A stretch of DNA of 64,000 nucleotides from Lingula anatina (GCA_051362555.1 CM120640.1:8370001-8434000); one strand, 5' to 3'. Positions 38,708-54,194 are shown, counted from the stretch's first letter. A program made the numbers and translations. The notes: a model not told the origin generated them from the letters alone.

Positions 38708-41321
38708 GATCACTGATAGAGGCTGTTCACCAGATGTGCCTTGGTGCACCTTACTCTGCACGGCTCACTGTCCACACTGTGGGATAGCCAACAGGGGAAG
38801 ATAAAGTCAATACTGAACTGATTGCTATGGTCTTTAAATTTCAGTTCAGTTGTAAACTATCCTACTGATGAAATTATCTTCTCCCTAGCTACAAAAGTAA
38901 TAACTTATTGTCCTCCTCTGAGAAATGATCTCCATTTCACTATGGTGTCAAATTGGAAGATAATCCATTTCAGATCCACCTGCATCTCGGCAGTGGTCTT
39001 CCTTGCTTAGCCACGTACCAAGCTCTATCCTCCTGTTATATAACCCTAGACAGAAACAGCTGAGCTAGAAAAATCTACCATGAAAAATGATTCAGAAATA
39101 GTGCATTCCTCTGGACTATCAGCAAAGGCATGGAACCCGAGTTGTTTCACTTAATTAAGAATGGAATATAAAAAAGCCTGTCATATTTTTGTTAACTGTC
39201 AAAATTTAGCTCTCCCTTTCTTCCTGTCAGAACAGAAGCCAAGCCTACAAGATCCTAGAAGACCACATTTTCATGAACAGCAGGAAATCAAAAAGCTTGA
39301 ATGTATCAAATTGTAATATATATGAGTTGCTTTTGATTTTGGAGCTGGAGGGAAACACTCACTGCTTAACTCAAAAGAAAATGTTTAGAGGAGAATGCAC
39401 TTCACTTCAAGTGGGAGTTAATCGAGGTCTTTGGTCTATTTATTCTTTGAATAATGAAGTAATTTCTTAATATGTATGGCATCCTTTGCTTGCAAAAAAG
39501 TAAAGAATAAAAATCAGACAAAAAGTACTACAATTTTATGTACAAACTTTATTTAATAATAAAGTTTGTTGGTTTTATTGTTTTTAGTCTCAGACTTACA
39601 GATATATGCACTTTGCTTTCACTGGTAATATACATAATATTGTATCCAATTTTTTATTTCATTTTAACCAAAATCCCCAATGATGCATTTTACAGAAAAA
39701 AAATCTTCGTGGAATTTCATCAATCTGAATTTTTAACCAACCTGTTTGCTTATAATACCTATATTGATGAAATGAGGAATGCAATGTTCTAATTCAGCTA
39801 ATAGTCTGGGAAATGTTTATACTCACACCCCATGAACCAAATTTCTAAAAAGCAGCTGGTTGGACAGTCAACCAAAAAACAATATTAGTCTATTATCTGA
39901 CTATGTTGTTGAAAGATAACCCCTGTGCCTGTCTGTGGAAGTTTTTACGTCAGTCTGTACAGTCTCATGTCCAAAAAAGGCATACTATGAAAAGCTTCAA
40001 CACAATGCAGCTGCAGGCATGCTGCCAAGGATTGCACTGGGATGTGCCAGTGATTTGGTTTGAATCACAACTAATGCAATCTCCCGCTGTGCATGCACAC
40101 GTCAACTGTAGGATGGTACCGATGTGTTGACGTTCCCTCCCTACTATTCTTAAAAACACTGGCCTTTCCATCCCAAATGTTTATTGTGTGTTAGGCATGG
40201 GATTAAAACACGTCTGTTTTTCTTTGTTTAACAGTTGGTTTGTTGATATGGTAACTAGCATTATCACTGCTCTCTGCGTCACTCTCTCAGTGCTGGATCA
40301 CCAGTGAGATAAACAGTATCTATGCAGACTCAAGGTTACCACAGTCCAAAACCTTCAATGACTGCATGTTGTGTTATGACAGACAAATGCCCAACAAACA
40401 ACTTTTTATTAAGGTGTATATTACAGATATGGTATAAAACATTAATGGCTTTAGTTACAAGAAAAGGTTTGTTGGCCTGCAATATTTCCAGATTGTTAAG
40501 ATAAAATCACTGCAGTTCTGGAGCCAGCAAGTCTTGATATCAGCTAAAATAAAACACTCCCACCATAGATATAATACCACCAGGCAACACCACACGTCAG
40601 CAAGTGTTGTTTTAACATGCCAGATGTGTTAGATATGCTGTATGGGTGTCTCCAGGCAGGGCAGTGAAAGGGCAAGGGGTTTGTGTTCACCAGTTTATAG
40701 CTGATTGGGCTAATGATATTTGTGATACTTGTGGAGAGGTGGCTGCAACACGTGTGCAACATTAGGTACAAGGGAAAACACAAGCACATGGCATATATCT
40801 CTCATTGGCATCAACTACTTATACGTTGATGGCGATGATACTTCAAGTGTAAATGTGAAAAATTACTGACACATGTATACATTACATGATAACATGCATT
40901 CCTTTTCTTCTAATCTCTATATCAACCCATTGTTATCAAATATGTGATTTAATTAAGTGCATATATTAAGAAGGGATATTAAAATAACACTGCCCAATAA
41001 AATTTACATGTTCCTGATCTTGAAAATCAACCCCAAATATACAAAGAATCAAATTTGTTTCATAGCAATATATAAATATATTTTAACCACTCTGTTGGTT
41101 CTTCAAAATTGCAGAAAAACTATTGGAATAAACCAGTTTCACTTCTCATCTAGAGTTGTTGATACATTATAGAAAGCCTGCTGGCAAACGCTTGCCAACA
41201 TGAACTATCCATTAAGTTAGACAATTATAGCTTTAAAAAAATGGCTGATTCCCAATCACAAATTTAACTAGGAGGCATCATGCTCGGCTGTCACCTTGAT
41301 CAGCTAATGGATCTAACCCCT

Positions 41322-41333
41322 CCCCCCCCCCCC

Positions 41334-41379
<46 letters not shown>
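41322..41379. repeat. Poly-C followed by a 45-nt poly-A
   Basis: Direct reading. Confidence 0.9.
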
Positions 41380-41380
<1 letters not shown>

Positions 41381-44300
41381 ACCACACTAAACAAGAAAAA
41401 AAAACTGGTTAAATATTTCTTAACAAATCTAACTGGACACGATATACTTGGAAATTTTAGGTAGTTGACATTGGACTGAAGGTGGTTTGATGGCTGTTAC
41501 TAAATCTAATTTGAATATAATAAATAGTCAGGCTTTCAGTTGCACAAGATTGCATTTATAACTATTTTACTATATCGTATGTATTGGTCACTTAATCAAA
41601 TTTCTCTAAAAACTTAAATTACTACTTTTTAAAAAATTTTTTAGATATGGTAGATGAGTGTGGTATTCCAAAGTCATTTTATGTTGGTTTTAGTTCCATT
41701 AATTTAACCAATCATAGTGATAGCCCAGTACAGTATGGTGAAGCATCAGCAGATATGCAGATATGTGTCAAATGAAGCTCCTGTTTCTAAATGAGGTGTA
41801 ATTTTAAGCTTGTATCTGGTAATTCCATACAGCATCATGCACAAACATGTTTTAATGCATCTGCACACTGTCAGCATTGTACTTTCACTAAATTTAAAAC
41901 AAATTTTCCTATCCTCTTCACTTCCTATTGTATTGCCATATACTTCACCAAATTAAAGTGTTATCCTGGTACGTAGCAGTTTGAAAGGGCACTCCATCAC
42001 CTCATGGCAGGTGACTGAGGTAAAGGCATGGAGAGAAACAACAATGGTTTGTGGTTTGATGGGAATATGATACCCGGACAGATTTCAGTTTGGCTGATAG
42101 GAACATCTCAATTCACCCAAACAAGAAAGTCATAACCGACACAAAAAATGCTGTAAAATGCCAAATTTGACGAGGTGAAGTGCTTTATTGTGAAATAAAG
42201 ACAAAGGCCTGTGGTGTGTACACCTACATATTCAGGGCAGTCATTATCTCTTGTCTAATTCAATCAAGAGCATTTTCTGCTTATTGTGTGAATAATACTT
42301 TTTTTTTCATTTTTTTCTGGGTTTAAGACAAACAACCGTTTTTTTGGAAGAAATGAGAATGCTTCTTGGCTCCCAAGGTCGGTACTCCCTAGATGATCTC
42401 TGTGCCCAGGAGTTCAACTAATTACTACCCTATAAATGACTCATCAATAATAATCTCAAAGACTGCACTCTTCCGAGATGTATAATCACATAAGAACAGT
42501 GTGGCAATGGCACGCCAGAAACAGCAAGAGAGCTAGCATAGCAACAGCAGGCCATACCAGCAGCATTCAAAGAGAGCTTCCCTTTCTATAACTGTTACAG
42601 TGGCATGCACTTATGTAAAGCTTCCATTCCCAAAAAACTTTCTTCAACCAAATAACGAAGGCCAGTAAATTTGTACTTGAAATTGAAAAGTATTAGATCC
42701 ATCAACATTTGCTCATAATTCTAACATATACATGTACTTTGATTTTCAATCATTGATGTAAAAAGAAGCTGGTCATCTAATCCTAGGATAGATGATAAAA
42801 AATAGCATATTGTACACCTATCCTCAAAGCTATATTTTGTGTCCTTAGCTAGTCTAATCCAAGACCAGGAAACAAATCTAATGGTAAAATCTTCTCCACT
42901 TTATTGTGCACAAAAAATCAACTACATAATACTACACATAGTCACTCAAAGAAAGTTGGACTATGCTTTGAAGATAGGTGTACGGTATACTATTTTTTTG
43001 TGGTCAAGAGAGTGTGTGTGTGTCTTGCATGTTTGTTTATGAGGTAAATCCAATTAAATATTCTATATTTTTATGATTAGTAAAAAAAAAATCAAAAAAA
43101 TAAATCATCATCTAACTCAATTTTGTAATGCTCAACAAAACAAAGTACTTTCTGAAGTGCCCATGGTTATGCAGGTTTACACGATTTTATGACTGGATCA
43201 TCCATTTGTAATGAATAGTTGTGCTGGTAGTGTACTAGTACACACATTTATGCCCCTCCAAAATACAAGAAAATTTACATATTCTTTGCTCTGTTTCATA
43301 ATTACATAATTTCTTATGGTAATTGGGAGTCGCCCAGATGACCCCACAGGAAGGTCAGTGATTGCGAATCATATTCAGAGGCATAAAATACCTTCAGAAG
43401 TGGCCATGTAATTATTAAAATTAGGTCATAAATGGGATGACACCTTTGAGTCATTTTTTTACTTGAGATGTCTGGTTGATGAAATATCAATTAGTGATAA
43501 AGAATGGTATGGTAATTCTTCCTTAAACTGCGACATTCATTATGCATAGGTTCATGAGTACCTGATAAAAAAGGAAAATCCTGTTTAGCCACAGTCCTTT
43601 TCATAAGTATGGTATTTGCCCTTCAATCTCTTTTATTGCTTTGTTAAAAATACCCAAATGCTTGAAGTAGTCTGCTTTAGTTTAAGAAAAAATATTTATA
43701 GGGATATCTATTTATTTTCAAAGGTTTATGAATGATTAGATGAAATCATTTGAATATCACTGATCAGTTGAAAGACTTTCTAGTGGAATATAGTAATTCC
43801 CCTCCCTTTGATAGTAATAATTTATCTCCCAGCTAATTTCTGCCAACAAAGATATGGTAGCCAAAAAAGTTCTAAAATGTACCTAAAGATTTATGCTAGT
43901 GCCCCAGTACTGGCCTTGGTCCAACCATAAAGCTGTGATAATTTTCCCTACAAAATCAGATCCAGACATCTTACTAAGAGTATAGTGTTTGCTTACGTCT
44001 ACCTGATAAGTCAGTTACACCTAAAAGGTTATCCATTTTCTTTCTTTTATTTCACCTACAGCAAGACAGATTGCCTTGCAAAACATAGCAAATGCTTCAG
44101 GATGAAAATTTCATTTTGTGAAGTGTTTGAAACAGTTATTAAATGCCAACTTATGATGGGTTATGTGCTTGTTTCACGTCTTATGTGCCACGCATCATTA
44201 CATATCATTCATTTCAATGGGCATGCTGTCTGTTTAATGCTGCCTGCTATTGATCACATATCTTCCTGCCAAACATACAACTTTTTACTAATGGAATTCA

Positions 44301-44947
44301 TGCACTAAATGACTCTTTTCATTTATGAACAATACATAAAGATTAAAGATCATATTTCAAAGAAATCTAGAGTAATGTCCCCAAATTAAACTGGTACAAT
44401 TGAGCACCTGCTTCTACAATATTTAGAACAGTTAACTGATCAAAGGCTTTACCTGTCATAGTTAACAGGCAAGGGTATAGGGATCAAAATCAGATAGCAC
44501 TCAGATTAAGAATTAATTTCAGCATGCATCTTCCTAGTGTGCACATTGCCTTAACACTTAATAGTACCTTCATAGTAACCCTGCAAACCATAAACATGTT
44601 TACTGCATATAATTGTTGATTAATTGGTCCCCTTGGGTCACAGCACATTCCGCCAAACTCTGAGGTCACTCTCATCAATTAATCTTATTATTGTAAAGAA
44701 TGAATGGCATGGTAACAATGATACTACCTTATACAAAGGTAATGGTGGATATAACTTGTTTGTGCATGGCTTGGTCTTTTTTACTTAACCCTGACCGTGA
44801 ACAGTGCTTACTGCTAGCCATGTTCTTCATTAATTCATATTCAAATGTTATTTCTGTAGTTAAAAATTTGAGTGTCAGTCCATTTCTATAATCGAGATAT
44901 CCAGGAGTCCATACTGTGCACCTTTACTCAAGGGTTGATGGAGGCCT

Positions 44948-45090
44948 TCTTCTGGGTCTTCCAAAAGCTGGTAAAATATTTTCAGGTTTACGTTGATGGG
45001 CATCTAATTCTTTTCCTGTTGGAAGAGGGTCAAAAATGGAGCATAGATAATTTGAAAGACTGTCAGAAAACATCTCTGGATCCGCCCCTG
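44948..45090 (+). mobile_element. MITE family C, 5'-truncated older copy
   Basis: Colinear with about 62843-62990 (tcttctgggtcttcc...ggaaga.ggtcaaaaatg...tctctggatccgcccctg). Confidence 0.8.
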
Positions 45091-45761
45091 CTACTAATGC
45101 AATTATATAACATAATTAACCTGAATGCATCATCTTACAATAATTTACACTGATTGTTCTTCTTCTTGTTATTCTAGCAAATATTTGGGTAGGGATGGAA
45201 ATAAAAGTATTTGTGTGGCATTAAAATTTTATCTCATGCTTTTTATGGTTATGCAACATTTAAGACTTGATCGATTAAATCTGAATTTCTGCATTTATTG
45301 TCTCTCACTTGACTAAGCTCAGGATGGGCCTACATATTCTCCATATATATTCATAAAACCAAGCGAAATTTTGTCTCTGGAATTCTAAGGGGATTGATAA
45401 ATTAATATAACAAGGAACCTTTGACAAACTACATGGAACACAACCCCCTGACCTTTAAAATGAGACTTTAAAAAGGAAGATTAGATTCCTTCTGCATACA
45501 CACTTGCGTCACTGGTGTAATCTTGTTTTTCTGTACAACGGTGGTGCACAGCCACACCTTGCTGTCAAAATTGTTCACACACACATATGCCTCATTCTTA
45601 GATGTAATTTACCTGTGTTCACCTGAGAGAAGGGTTGTAATTGGATATCTCTAATGACTAGTTGAAGCAGCTCAAATATCAGATGGGAAAGTAGGTGTAT
45701 GTTTGTTGACTTTCAGAAAAAACACAGATGACCCTCAAACATCTTTGAAAATGTTTACCTG

Positions 45762-46038
45762 TTATCACCTCTGCCAAGGAGGCTATGTTTTGTTGGCATT
45801 GGTGTAATATTGTCTGTCTGTTTGTTTGTGAGTAACTTCACAGAAAAAGTTGTGGATTTATTTTGTTAAAATTATTAGGAAAGGTACAAAATGGTCATAT
45901 GTACAAGTGATTCACATTTGGGGGTGATCCGGATCATGGTCCGGATCCACAAATTTTTTATTACTTAAAAGAATGATATGGGTGAAATTTTAACAGTGAA
46001 TAGATCTGATTTGGTGGAGATCTGCACTCTCTGAGTGC
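45762..46038 (+). mobile_element. Non-autonomous Helentron/DINE-like element
   Basis: Subterminal inverted repeat acctctgcca / tggtggaga, a GTCT/GTTT microsatellite near the 5' end and a 3' hairpin gcactc-tct-gagtgc. Related copies occur elsewhere in the window. The superfamily is inferred from structure. Confidence 0.65.
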
Positions 46039-49000
46039 CCATCTTGTCTGACAAAGAATCTGTACAATCAGACATACCATTTCATGAAATATTATTATTA
46101 TTAAATGTTTCTAATCTCTTGCTAAATATTGCAACTTTAATATTATGTAGTCTTAATAGATACTGAAAAATGAAGGACAGGGACAAACTGTTTTCCCATA
46201 AAAAGAAACAAATTTCATTGTCAAACCTTTTGAACAGAACAGAAAAAACAAACTTATCTGAAAAATGTTAAAACATCCTCTTTATTCTTTTAAAGAACTA
46301 AAGGTTTCAAAGATGAAGTTAACATTAAAAGTTATATAATATATATATGTTTAAACTAAGAACTTATAATTTGCCAATGAATGAAAACATAGTTTCATTA
46401 AGATTGAATGATGGCTTAATTAATTCTCAAAAATCCATGTCATTTATGACTCAGTTGCAGATTTTTGAGATAAAGGCCACAGTAGATTACATGTTATGAT
46501 ACAGTCACTCTATCTCATTAGGATCTACAAGGTTAGGCATAATTGATAAGTAATTTAATGTGCACAACTGAGCCTTATTTCAAAGAAATTGTTATTTCTT
46601 TCATCCCTGTTTCATTAATGCAAAAAATGCATTGGGTAAGTAGGTAAGAAGGAGAAATTTGTAACTGACCACAGGATAATCTTCAATACTATTGTTTTTA
46701 TGCTCTAAAATCACCCTCCTCCCCCCCCCCCCCAAAAAAAAACCTTTAAAATTTAGTTGATATGCTTGTTAAACATCATATGTAAAATATGAAAACTTAA
46801 ACAAAAAATTTGTCTACCAATCCTGTTAAAACAGGGTTGCAGCTTGCTAACCAACTTGCCATTTTCTCTGGCCTAATGCAACTTTAAAAACATACTAATG
46901 ATATATTAATTTCTGCTCCCTTCCCACTAATATTTTTTCATTTTTGTTAGCGCGATGTAATGTATTTACCATTCATTGTTAGGACATAACTAATATAATG
47001 CAAACACAAAGTTGGGTGTGGCAATATGTTTGCTAGCAAGAAGACCAAGGTTTCAGACCCTAAGACTCTTACCCTTATCATTCAATTTTACACCTGGAAA
47101 TTGGAGCATAATTCCCACAGTGATAGTGAATATATTAAGTTGCAGCCCCAAAGCATCCTTATCACGAAGAACTGGAGGACAGGCAGAGTATAATGAACAA
47201 CAGAGAGCCATGACTTCAAAGACTCCTGGAAAAAGCATACGGGAGAACAATTTCTCTTAACTTAATTGAGCAATTGCAATATTGTGATAAAAGTAGTTGT
47301 TTTTCCAATGCAATCAATCACCACCCAATCGCCATCCTCAGCTGTGTCAGTTTCTCCTCTTATCACCATTCCTTAGACACTTTATTCACAGCAGTTGCCT
47401 AGAAATCATGGAACCTCTCGGAAAAAATTATATCAATGACCTAAGAGAAATAAATAATTGGATAAGCACAACGGAGTTGGAACTATCAGATTCTGTGGTG
47501 AGAAAAGCCATATTTGGTGCCAGCCCTCTAAGGGTGGCTTTAAACACAAATCAAACCATTTCCTGATACAAAAAGCTACTATATCATCGTATGAAAGGAA
47601 TAAAAACATTAAATCACCCCAATGAGTATGTTTTATTTCTATGCACTTGCAGTCTGCGTACAGGAAGTGATTTGAGTTACTTCATCTTGCTGTCTTATGC
47701 AGTTACTCTTGAGGTGTTGATTTCAAAATTAATCAATCAATTACAGCCTATATATGTGTAAAAACATGTGCCATCTAACTTTATTTGCCTCCCAAAATAA
47801 TGACATGTGCAACATGAAAGCTAACATTGTGAGCAAAATACATATATGGGTGATACATGTGTTGCAATGCTTAAAAAATGCTACACATATGTATTATCAC
47901 ACCCCAGTGACTTTTTGCCACGGGTATGACAACATTTTTTTGTCATTGTGTAAATCTCTCTCTTTTACACTTAACTGCAATGATTATTGCTAGCCCGCCT
48001 TTCAAGATTACATGAACCCCACTAAATCACTGGCACTAATCAAATTTCTCTAGCAAAGATAAATATAAATTACCTTAATTATACAGATGATAAGTGTGTA
48101 CTCAACCCTTAACCTTTAACTTACCACATTAATTTACATTTTTTTTACTTCAGACTATTTAGTTATCTGAGGTTACATATATTAAATGCCCTGCTCCAAA
48201 ATCTTCCCATTGTCTTATATTTTTTTTTACCTAATTGTACAAAAATACCCACAACTGCAAGTATGGGATACATACCAAGGTTTACATAGAACCAAATCAG
48301 ATATGTTACCTGATAACAAAGCAAATATATATTGCCCTCAAAAGGTTGCAAAATGATATGTCAAATATTTATTTTAAAAAAAGAAGGCATCAAATGATAC
48401 GGGCAGCTTTCATGTTTAAGCTTTAAAAATTGCATATGCTCATGAAACAGGATGCTTTAGTTATCAGTGTTATAGAATTACATGTACATTAATTATTATT
48501 GCACTTCTTTACTTTTTTGGTTGTTGTAAAAAAAGTTTTTGTAAATCAAATTAACCTGTGCATAAACTTCATTAAACTCTCATTAAATCTTTGTAGCAAA
48601 ATTATACAATTGAAAAAAAAATGAATACGTAATGCAAGGAACATTTTATACTTTGAAAAAAAAAAAAAAAGTAAATGCAAAAGCATTTTTTCCTTTCCTT
48701 TCTGTTTTGTGAATCTCAACAAGAGCTGCTGGTCAAAGGAACACAAACTTGATCTGAATTAACTTCTACAGTCTGCCACTGACTGAGAATAATTTGGAAC
48801 ATTCTCAATCCCTCTATCTCAAAGTCTGCTTGCGTCTTTCCTCCTCGTCCCCTGCCGTCCACACTTAACTGTAACAACACTGAGTAACCATGTACAAACT
48901 CCCTGCTCAGTGGGTTAGCTAACCACTCTCAGAGCTGCCAAAAAGTGTGTTTCAAATAAAATATCAACTTTTAAGTATGCAAGCACTACACATTAGGAAA

Positions 49001-51557
49001 ATTTTACATGGACAAAAACTACAACGACTGCCTTTTGCATGGCCATTTTATGAAAGAATAATTTAACAGAACTGCACATAGAAATTTACAAAAATAAAAA
49101 AAGAAGAATCTTTTGTGTCTTCAAACTTTTTTCTTTTACTCCAAGCCTTTCAATTTGAGATCTAAACCTAAAATTAAAACGTTTTTAAGATCCCATTTTG
49201 TCTAACACTGGCTGAAGTCTTGTGACAGGCCGTAGGTATTCCTGGCATTTTCACTTCATGTAAAAATGCAATTTTTTTCAGCAGTGGGTTAGTATCTCTA
49301 AACATAAAGAGTTTATAACATGCTATGGTAGCTAGCATATAAATATAAAGAAAATGAAAGAGTTCAGAAAAGACAATTCATATGCAGTGCTGCCCCTTAA
49401 TGTAAAACCATCTATTACAGTCCACTGATAAATGAAATGCATATTACAATTCATCCTGATGAGACCACTCCAATACACAAACTATAAATTTAAGATGTAC
49501 TTATTTGACATAGAAACAGAATTGGGAACCTATTTTTTCTTTGATTTGCACCCTATACTGTACCAATGAAATATCTTCCTTTTCTTGTCATAAACAAATC
49601 ACATCAACTTTTAATGGAAATAAAGCAAGACAGATACTCCCTTTACATGTAAACATATATGCCCCCTCACGTTTTAGTATCAGAAAAGTAGTTTACATAA
49701 TATGGGTGCAGCAAACTTATGCATGACAGGACACATTAAACTATACGATCATGCCCCTTTCCATTCCATTTGTCTCTTCACAATAAATTTTGTTTTTTTT
49801 TTTTGGGGGGGGGGGGTGTGGAGGGAGGTCAGAAACATCATTTTCAAATACACAAGTTACAAAATATCTTTGTAACACAATACTCTTGCATACCCACAGC
49901 TCATGCATGTTTAATTACCATCAATCAATGACGTGATAGAATCAATAGCTCTGAACACAAAGGAAATAAACTTCATACTGCAAATACTTAAAAAATGTTC
50001 AGTATCACTATATCAATGTCAAAGCTATTTTGTCAGCAGGGAGGACCTTACATGGCCACCACACATTCACAATACTTTTAATCTAATAATCAACTTCACT
50101 AATGCCATATATTGATTTCTTTTCTTATGTTTTATTTTCCAGCAAGTCACAGTGGAGTAATGTTCATGAACACAACCTAACTGTACTGATACTGATCAGC
50201 AACCTAGGATAGCCAGGTCATCCATTCATTATTAATAACTTGAGGTAATGGGAATTAAGCCAAACTTTTTCCTTCTCCCAACTTTTAGATTCTGATTCTC
50301 TTATGATAACAAGCATGTCTGTAGACAAAATAAATAAATAAAATAAAATAAAATAAAATAAACAAAACATTAGAAAAAACAATTTTTGTAAAATAAATAT
50401 ATCTCTATTATAATAAACTATAAAGGTTGATAGTAGGTTCTTATTTCACACAATTTGTCATAAACAAATTGTATGTATAGCATCCATGCATTAAATTTTA
50501 TATATTGTATTGAAACATAATACAGTGCAGTAGGTACATACATATTGTCACAGCCAATTACCCACCCGTAACTTGACACACAATTGCTATTGTAAATAGT
50601 AGGATGACACATTTTCTACAACAAAACAAGCTCGTTTTATGATTAAAAAGAATTTCAATTTTCTCTCAAGGCAAACCAGATGCTGTCAGGTCAGTGCATT
50701 CTTGAAGAAGAACCACTTTATAGCTCGGCATGGTTTGTGTGCTTTGAAAAGTCATGTGGCATTGTGTACTGTATGTTTTGATGAACCAGGTCTTTTAATT
50801 CAGGCTATGAACCCAGTTTTTGTTCACATTTAGCCTTTTCTCTTCACTCTTCATATGATCTGGTTTTCATATATTGAAAATATTAAAAAAAATTCAGGTC
50901 ACCATTAGAGTCTTATCCCAATTTAAATTAAATTACTGTAGACTTTTGCTGCAATAAGATTCAATGTGAGCCAAATTAACTTCACAACATAGAAAGAACT
51001 CATACACATGAGACCATACTTCATAATAAATGAAAAACAAATAAATAAATCAAGAGGAAATTTCCTGGGAGATAGGATAATAGGAAATGTGTGTTTAATA
51101 TCTGCACGGTGCTTGCTGACCTGCTGGTACATTTACGCCTTTTATGCATGGCAGAAAAAGTACTTTTGTATAGTTAAAAATCAAATGATGAAATATGGAA
51201 TGACATCCTATTCAATGGGTAGGTATTATCTTACCCATTATCTCCATCAAGGGGACATTTTTAACGATCCAATGTCCTTACCCGCGTCATACTTGTCAGA
51301 AGCTTGCCAGTCCATGACAAAACAAGTGTAGCCGCTTCTTTAACTAGCTTACATCTATCTCTGGTAGATCTGTTAGATCTGGTATGATATTATCTATTGT
51401 TGCATAATGTTGATGGCCTTGATCAACCTCAACGTGTCAGCAAATTAAAGGTGTGTCATAGTATTGCATTGCTTCTAAATGCATTCCAGTAACTTTCAAA
51501 CTGGAGGATTATTGAATATCATATCTGACAATATCAACGTTTAATCCATAAACTTAC

Positions 51558-51616
51558 CAAATCCAAGAGTGCCTCCTCTTTGGAAGAAAATGGTGAATTT
51601 CTGGCACCTGTAGCAT
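51558..51616 (-). CDS. PDE4: PDE4 alternative first coding exon, PDE4D3/PDE4B4-type N-terminus
   Basis: ATG CTA CAG GTG CCA GAA ATT CAC CAT TTT CTT CCA AAG AGG AGG CAC TCT TGG ATT TG|gtaagt, with an in-frame TAG upstream of the ATG. The phase-2 join to the UCR1 exon gives MLQVPEIHHFLPKRRHSWIC-FDVENG; compare human PDE4D3 MMHVNNFPFRRHSWICFDVDNG. Confidence 0.92.
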
Positions 51617-51679
51617 ATTACCACTGCTGATGTTGGTTGTAACAATCTGCTGCTACTGTCTCTTGCAAAAAAAAAAATT

Positions 51680-52110
51680 ATCTCGCTACGTCAGCCGGCA
51701 CCAGCATTTGCCCATGGAATCTCCCTCTCTATGGTATTATTATGTATGTTAATGTGCAGTCACAGTGTGTGTGTACACTTATCCCTCATCACTGTAATAA
51801 CTAAGGGTCTACGTACGTGGGACACACCGAGAGATGAACTCGGCCAGGTATACTGAAGGTTGGATTTCATTGGTCCACATTTGATATGATTTTCTGCTCA
51901 GTCAAGCTGTGGCTGGGCCCACAAACTAACTTTAACAGATGATGTCTACGAGTTCTGTATTTAGTTGTCACTGACTGGTCCGCTAATGTTTACAGTGAAA
52001 ACTGGATTAATGTACCTGTAATATGATAATCTGCAGTGGATGATACACAAGAAGGCGTAAAAGCTGGTTGATCACAGCAGCAGCAGGCGTCTGGCTGACT
52101 CGCCCAAAAG
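51680..52110 (-). promoter_or_regulatory. Putative promoter/5' region of the PDE4D3-type exon
   Basis: Locally CpG-richer tract. CRE-like TGACGTAG (51686-51693) lies 70 nt upstream of the ATG. Confidence 0.45.
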
Positions 52111-53998
52111 AGTGCATTCTTTGTGTCATAATATGTCCTTTCAACCTTACAAGCATGTCTAGCTTAAAATTCCACCTTGTCATTTAGTATATCAGGTAAA
52201 CCAGCTTGGGTTACTGGAGATGTTCCTCTATCATAGTGTCAATGTCACCGTGAAACTTTTTTGTGCCAAAATGGCAAAATCACTGGTAAACTTCCTATAC
52301 AGAATACAAAGAATAAAAAAGATTTCACCTACGCAACTTGTCCTCATAAGTGTGCCCAGCTGTTACGTACAATTGACTATTGCATGACTTTGTCCCGTTC
52401 TTTTAAAAGAGACTTAACTGGCCAATTATGCTGCTGTGCACACGTGAAGATCTGAAGAGAAATCCCGCTCTAATTACATGTTAATAATGCAAGATGTCTT
52501 GATAGCAGATATGTCATCAGTTATGTACTTGACATAAGACATTTCATAATTCATTTATGAGAACTTTTTTTGACAAGGTGCTCAGAAGCTTGTATCATAT
52601 CTCATTATTCAGCTAGACACCTCTGCATAGCTATGGAATTGAAATAAATACCGTATAAGCAGCAACAGGTAACTTGTCTTTTTCTTGCAGATGAAACTGT
52701 TATATGAAGATCTTTTACCAGGCATACAGTCCTACCACATAAAAGATACCCTGGCCTAGGCAGATCAAATCAATTTCAAGTTAATTGAAAGATGGGACTG
52801 GAAACAATCCAGACATTTTTTCATCCATGTATAACATACATCCACCTGTAGTTAATCAGGCAGGTATGCCTTTCATTTGCCACAATTATCAGCAAAATGT
52901 CATTTAACCACGCAAGCATCATTTCTTCTGCAGTGCCACTGAGTGCCAGTAAATCCCAGCTTTCTCAAATTCGGGGGAAAAGGAGCAGTCAGAGAATGTG
53001 TACAAGTTCTTTCAACTTGCCTCTATGATGTCATCAGTACTTAAAACAGCTTTGGCTAGCTTTTTTCACTTTGAAGTGGCAGAGAAGTAAGTTTATGGAG
53101 GTCCGCATGCAAGTGCTTGGTCTTCAGTTCTGAGGTCAGCTGCAACTAGTTTGCAACAGTCAGGCTAGGAAGACATTAATCTTCATGACAGAGTCACAAT
53201 ATTTTGCAGAATGTTTTGCCCAAACAAACAAACAAAAAAATGCTATTCTAACTGAACAACACATAGTTCCAAGAAGTATACTCAGAATATTACACTCCCA
53301 ACCTTACTTTCACCCCATAAACTATCTGCAGGTACCATTCAATTTCCCTTTTATTCATTACGTTTATCATGTTGTGCATGCTACACAAGGCCATATGGCA
53401 CTAAATGCATCCCTCTCAAGTTCACTTATTAATTTCTTTTCATTTACACCTCAAAAGTGATCTTACTGCTCCTACAGTGTATTAAGCTACAGGCACACCA
53501 ACAGATTTAATATCTGTATGCAATGTCACATACAAAAAGGTCATTAAAAATGCAAATGACAATAAACCTTCACAGAATTTGCAGAAATAGGAGAAAAAAG
53601 ACTCATCTGTGCATCTTTTCATTTTTCATATATATAAATATCCTCAAATAATTTAGTTGAAAATCACAGATAGGTCAAAACAAAGTTTTTGTTATAATGA
53701 TCGATATATGGGAGGAAAGACTGTATTATCGATTATTAATTATGAAACTACTATCACAGACACACAAGAAGTTCTGCTTTATAGGGACTGTGCAATAAAA
53801 CAATGAAAATTAGATCTGTGATCCAGAAAATTTCAGTGAGAAAAGAGAACCATTTAAAATATGAATGTATGTTGTGAGTGCTTCTACCATCTGTGGTTTT
53901 AGAATGCAACTTCATATTATAGGTGGAAGCAGAATATTCCCTTAAGCAAACTAGACAATGCCTGATTTTAAGGCTGCAAGCAATTCATAACTCGAAAA

Positions 53999-54194
53999 GC
54001 ACTTAGAGAGGGCAGACATCCAAAACAGCTCAATTCTGATTATGAAATAACTCATTAAAATATAAACTAATAAATGGATCACCACCAAAATCTTACTAAT
54101 TTTAAGTGATCTAGATCCCGAAATGTTTAACATAATCCAGCCATAACTTTTTTGAGAAAGGCTTTTAACCAACAAACCAACTAACAAAGGCAAA
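53999..54194 (-). mobile_element. Helentron/DINE-like element copy
   Basis: Shares cagctcaattct, aatggatcaccaccaaaatctta and aacaaaccaac with 4612-4820. Confidence 0.65.
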
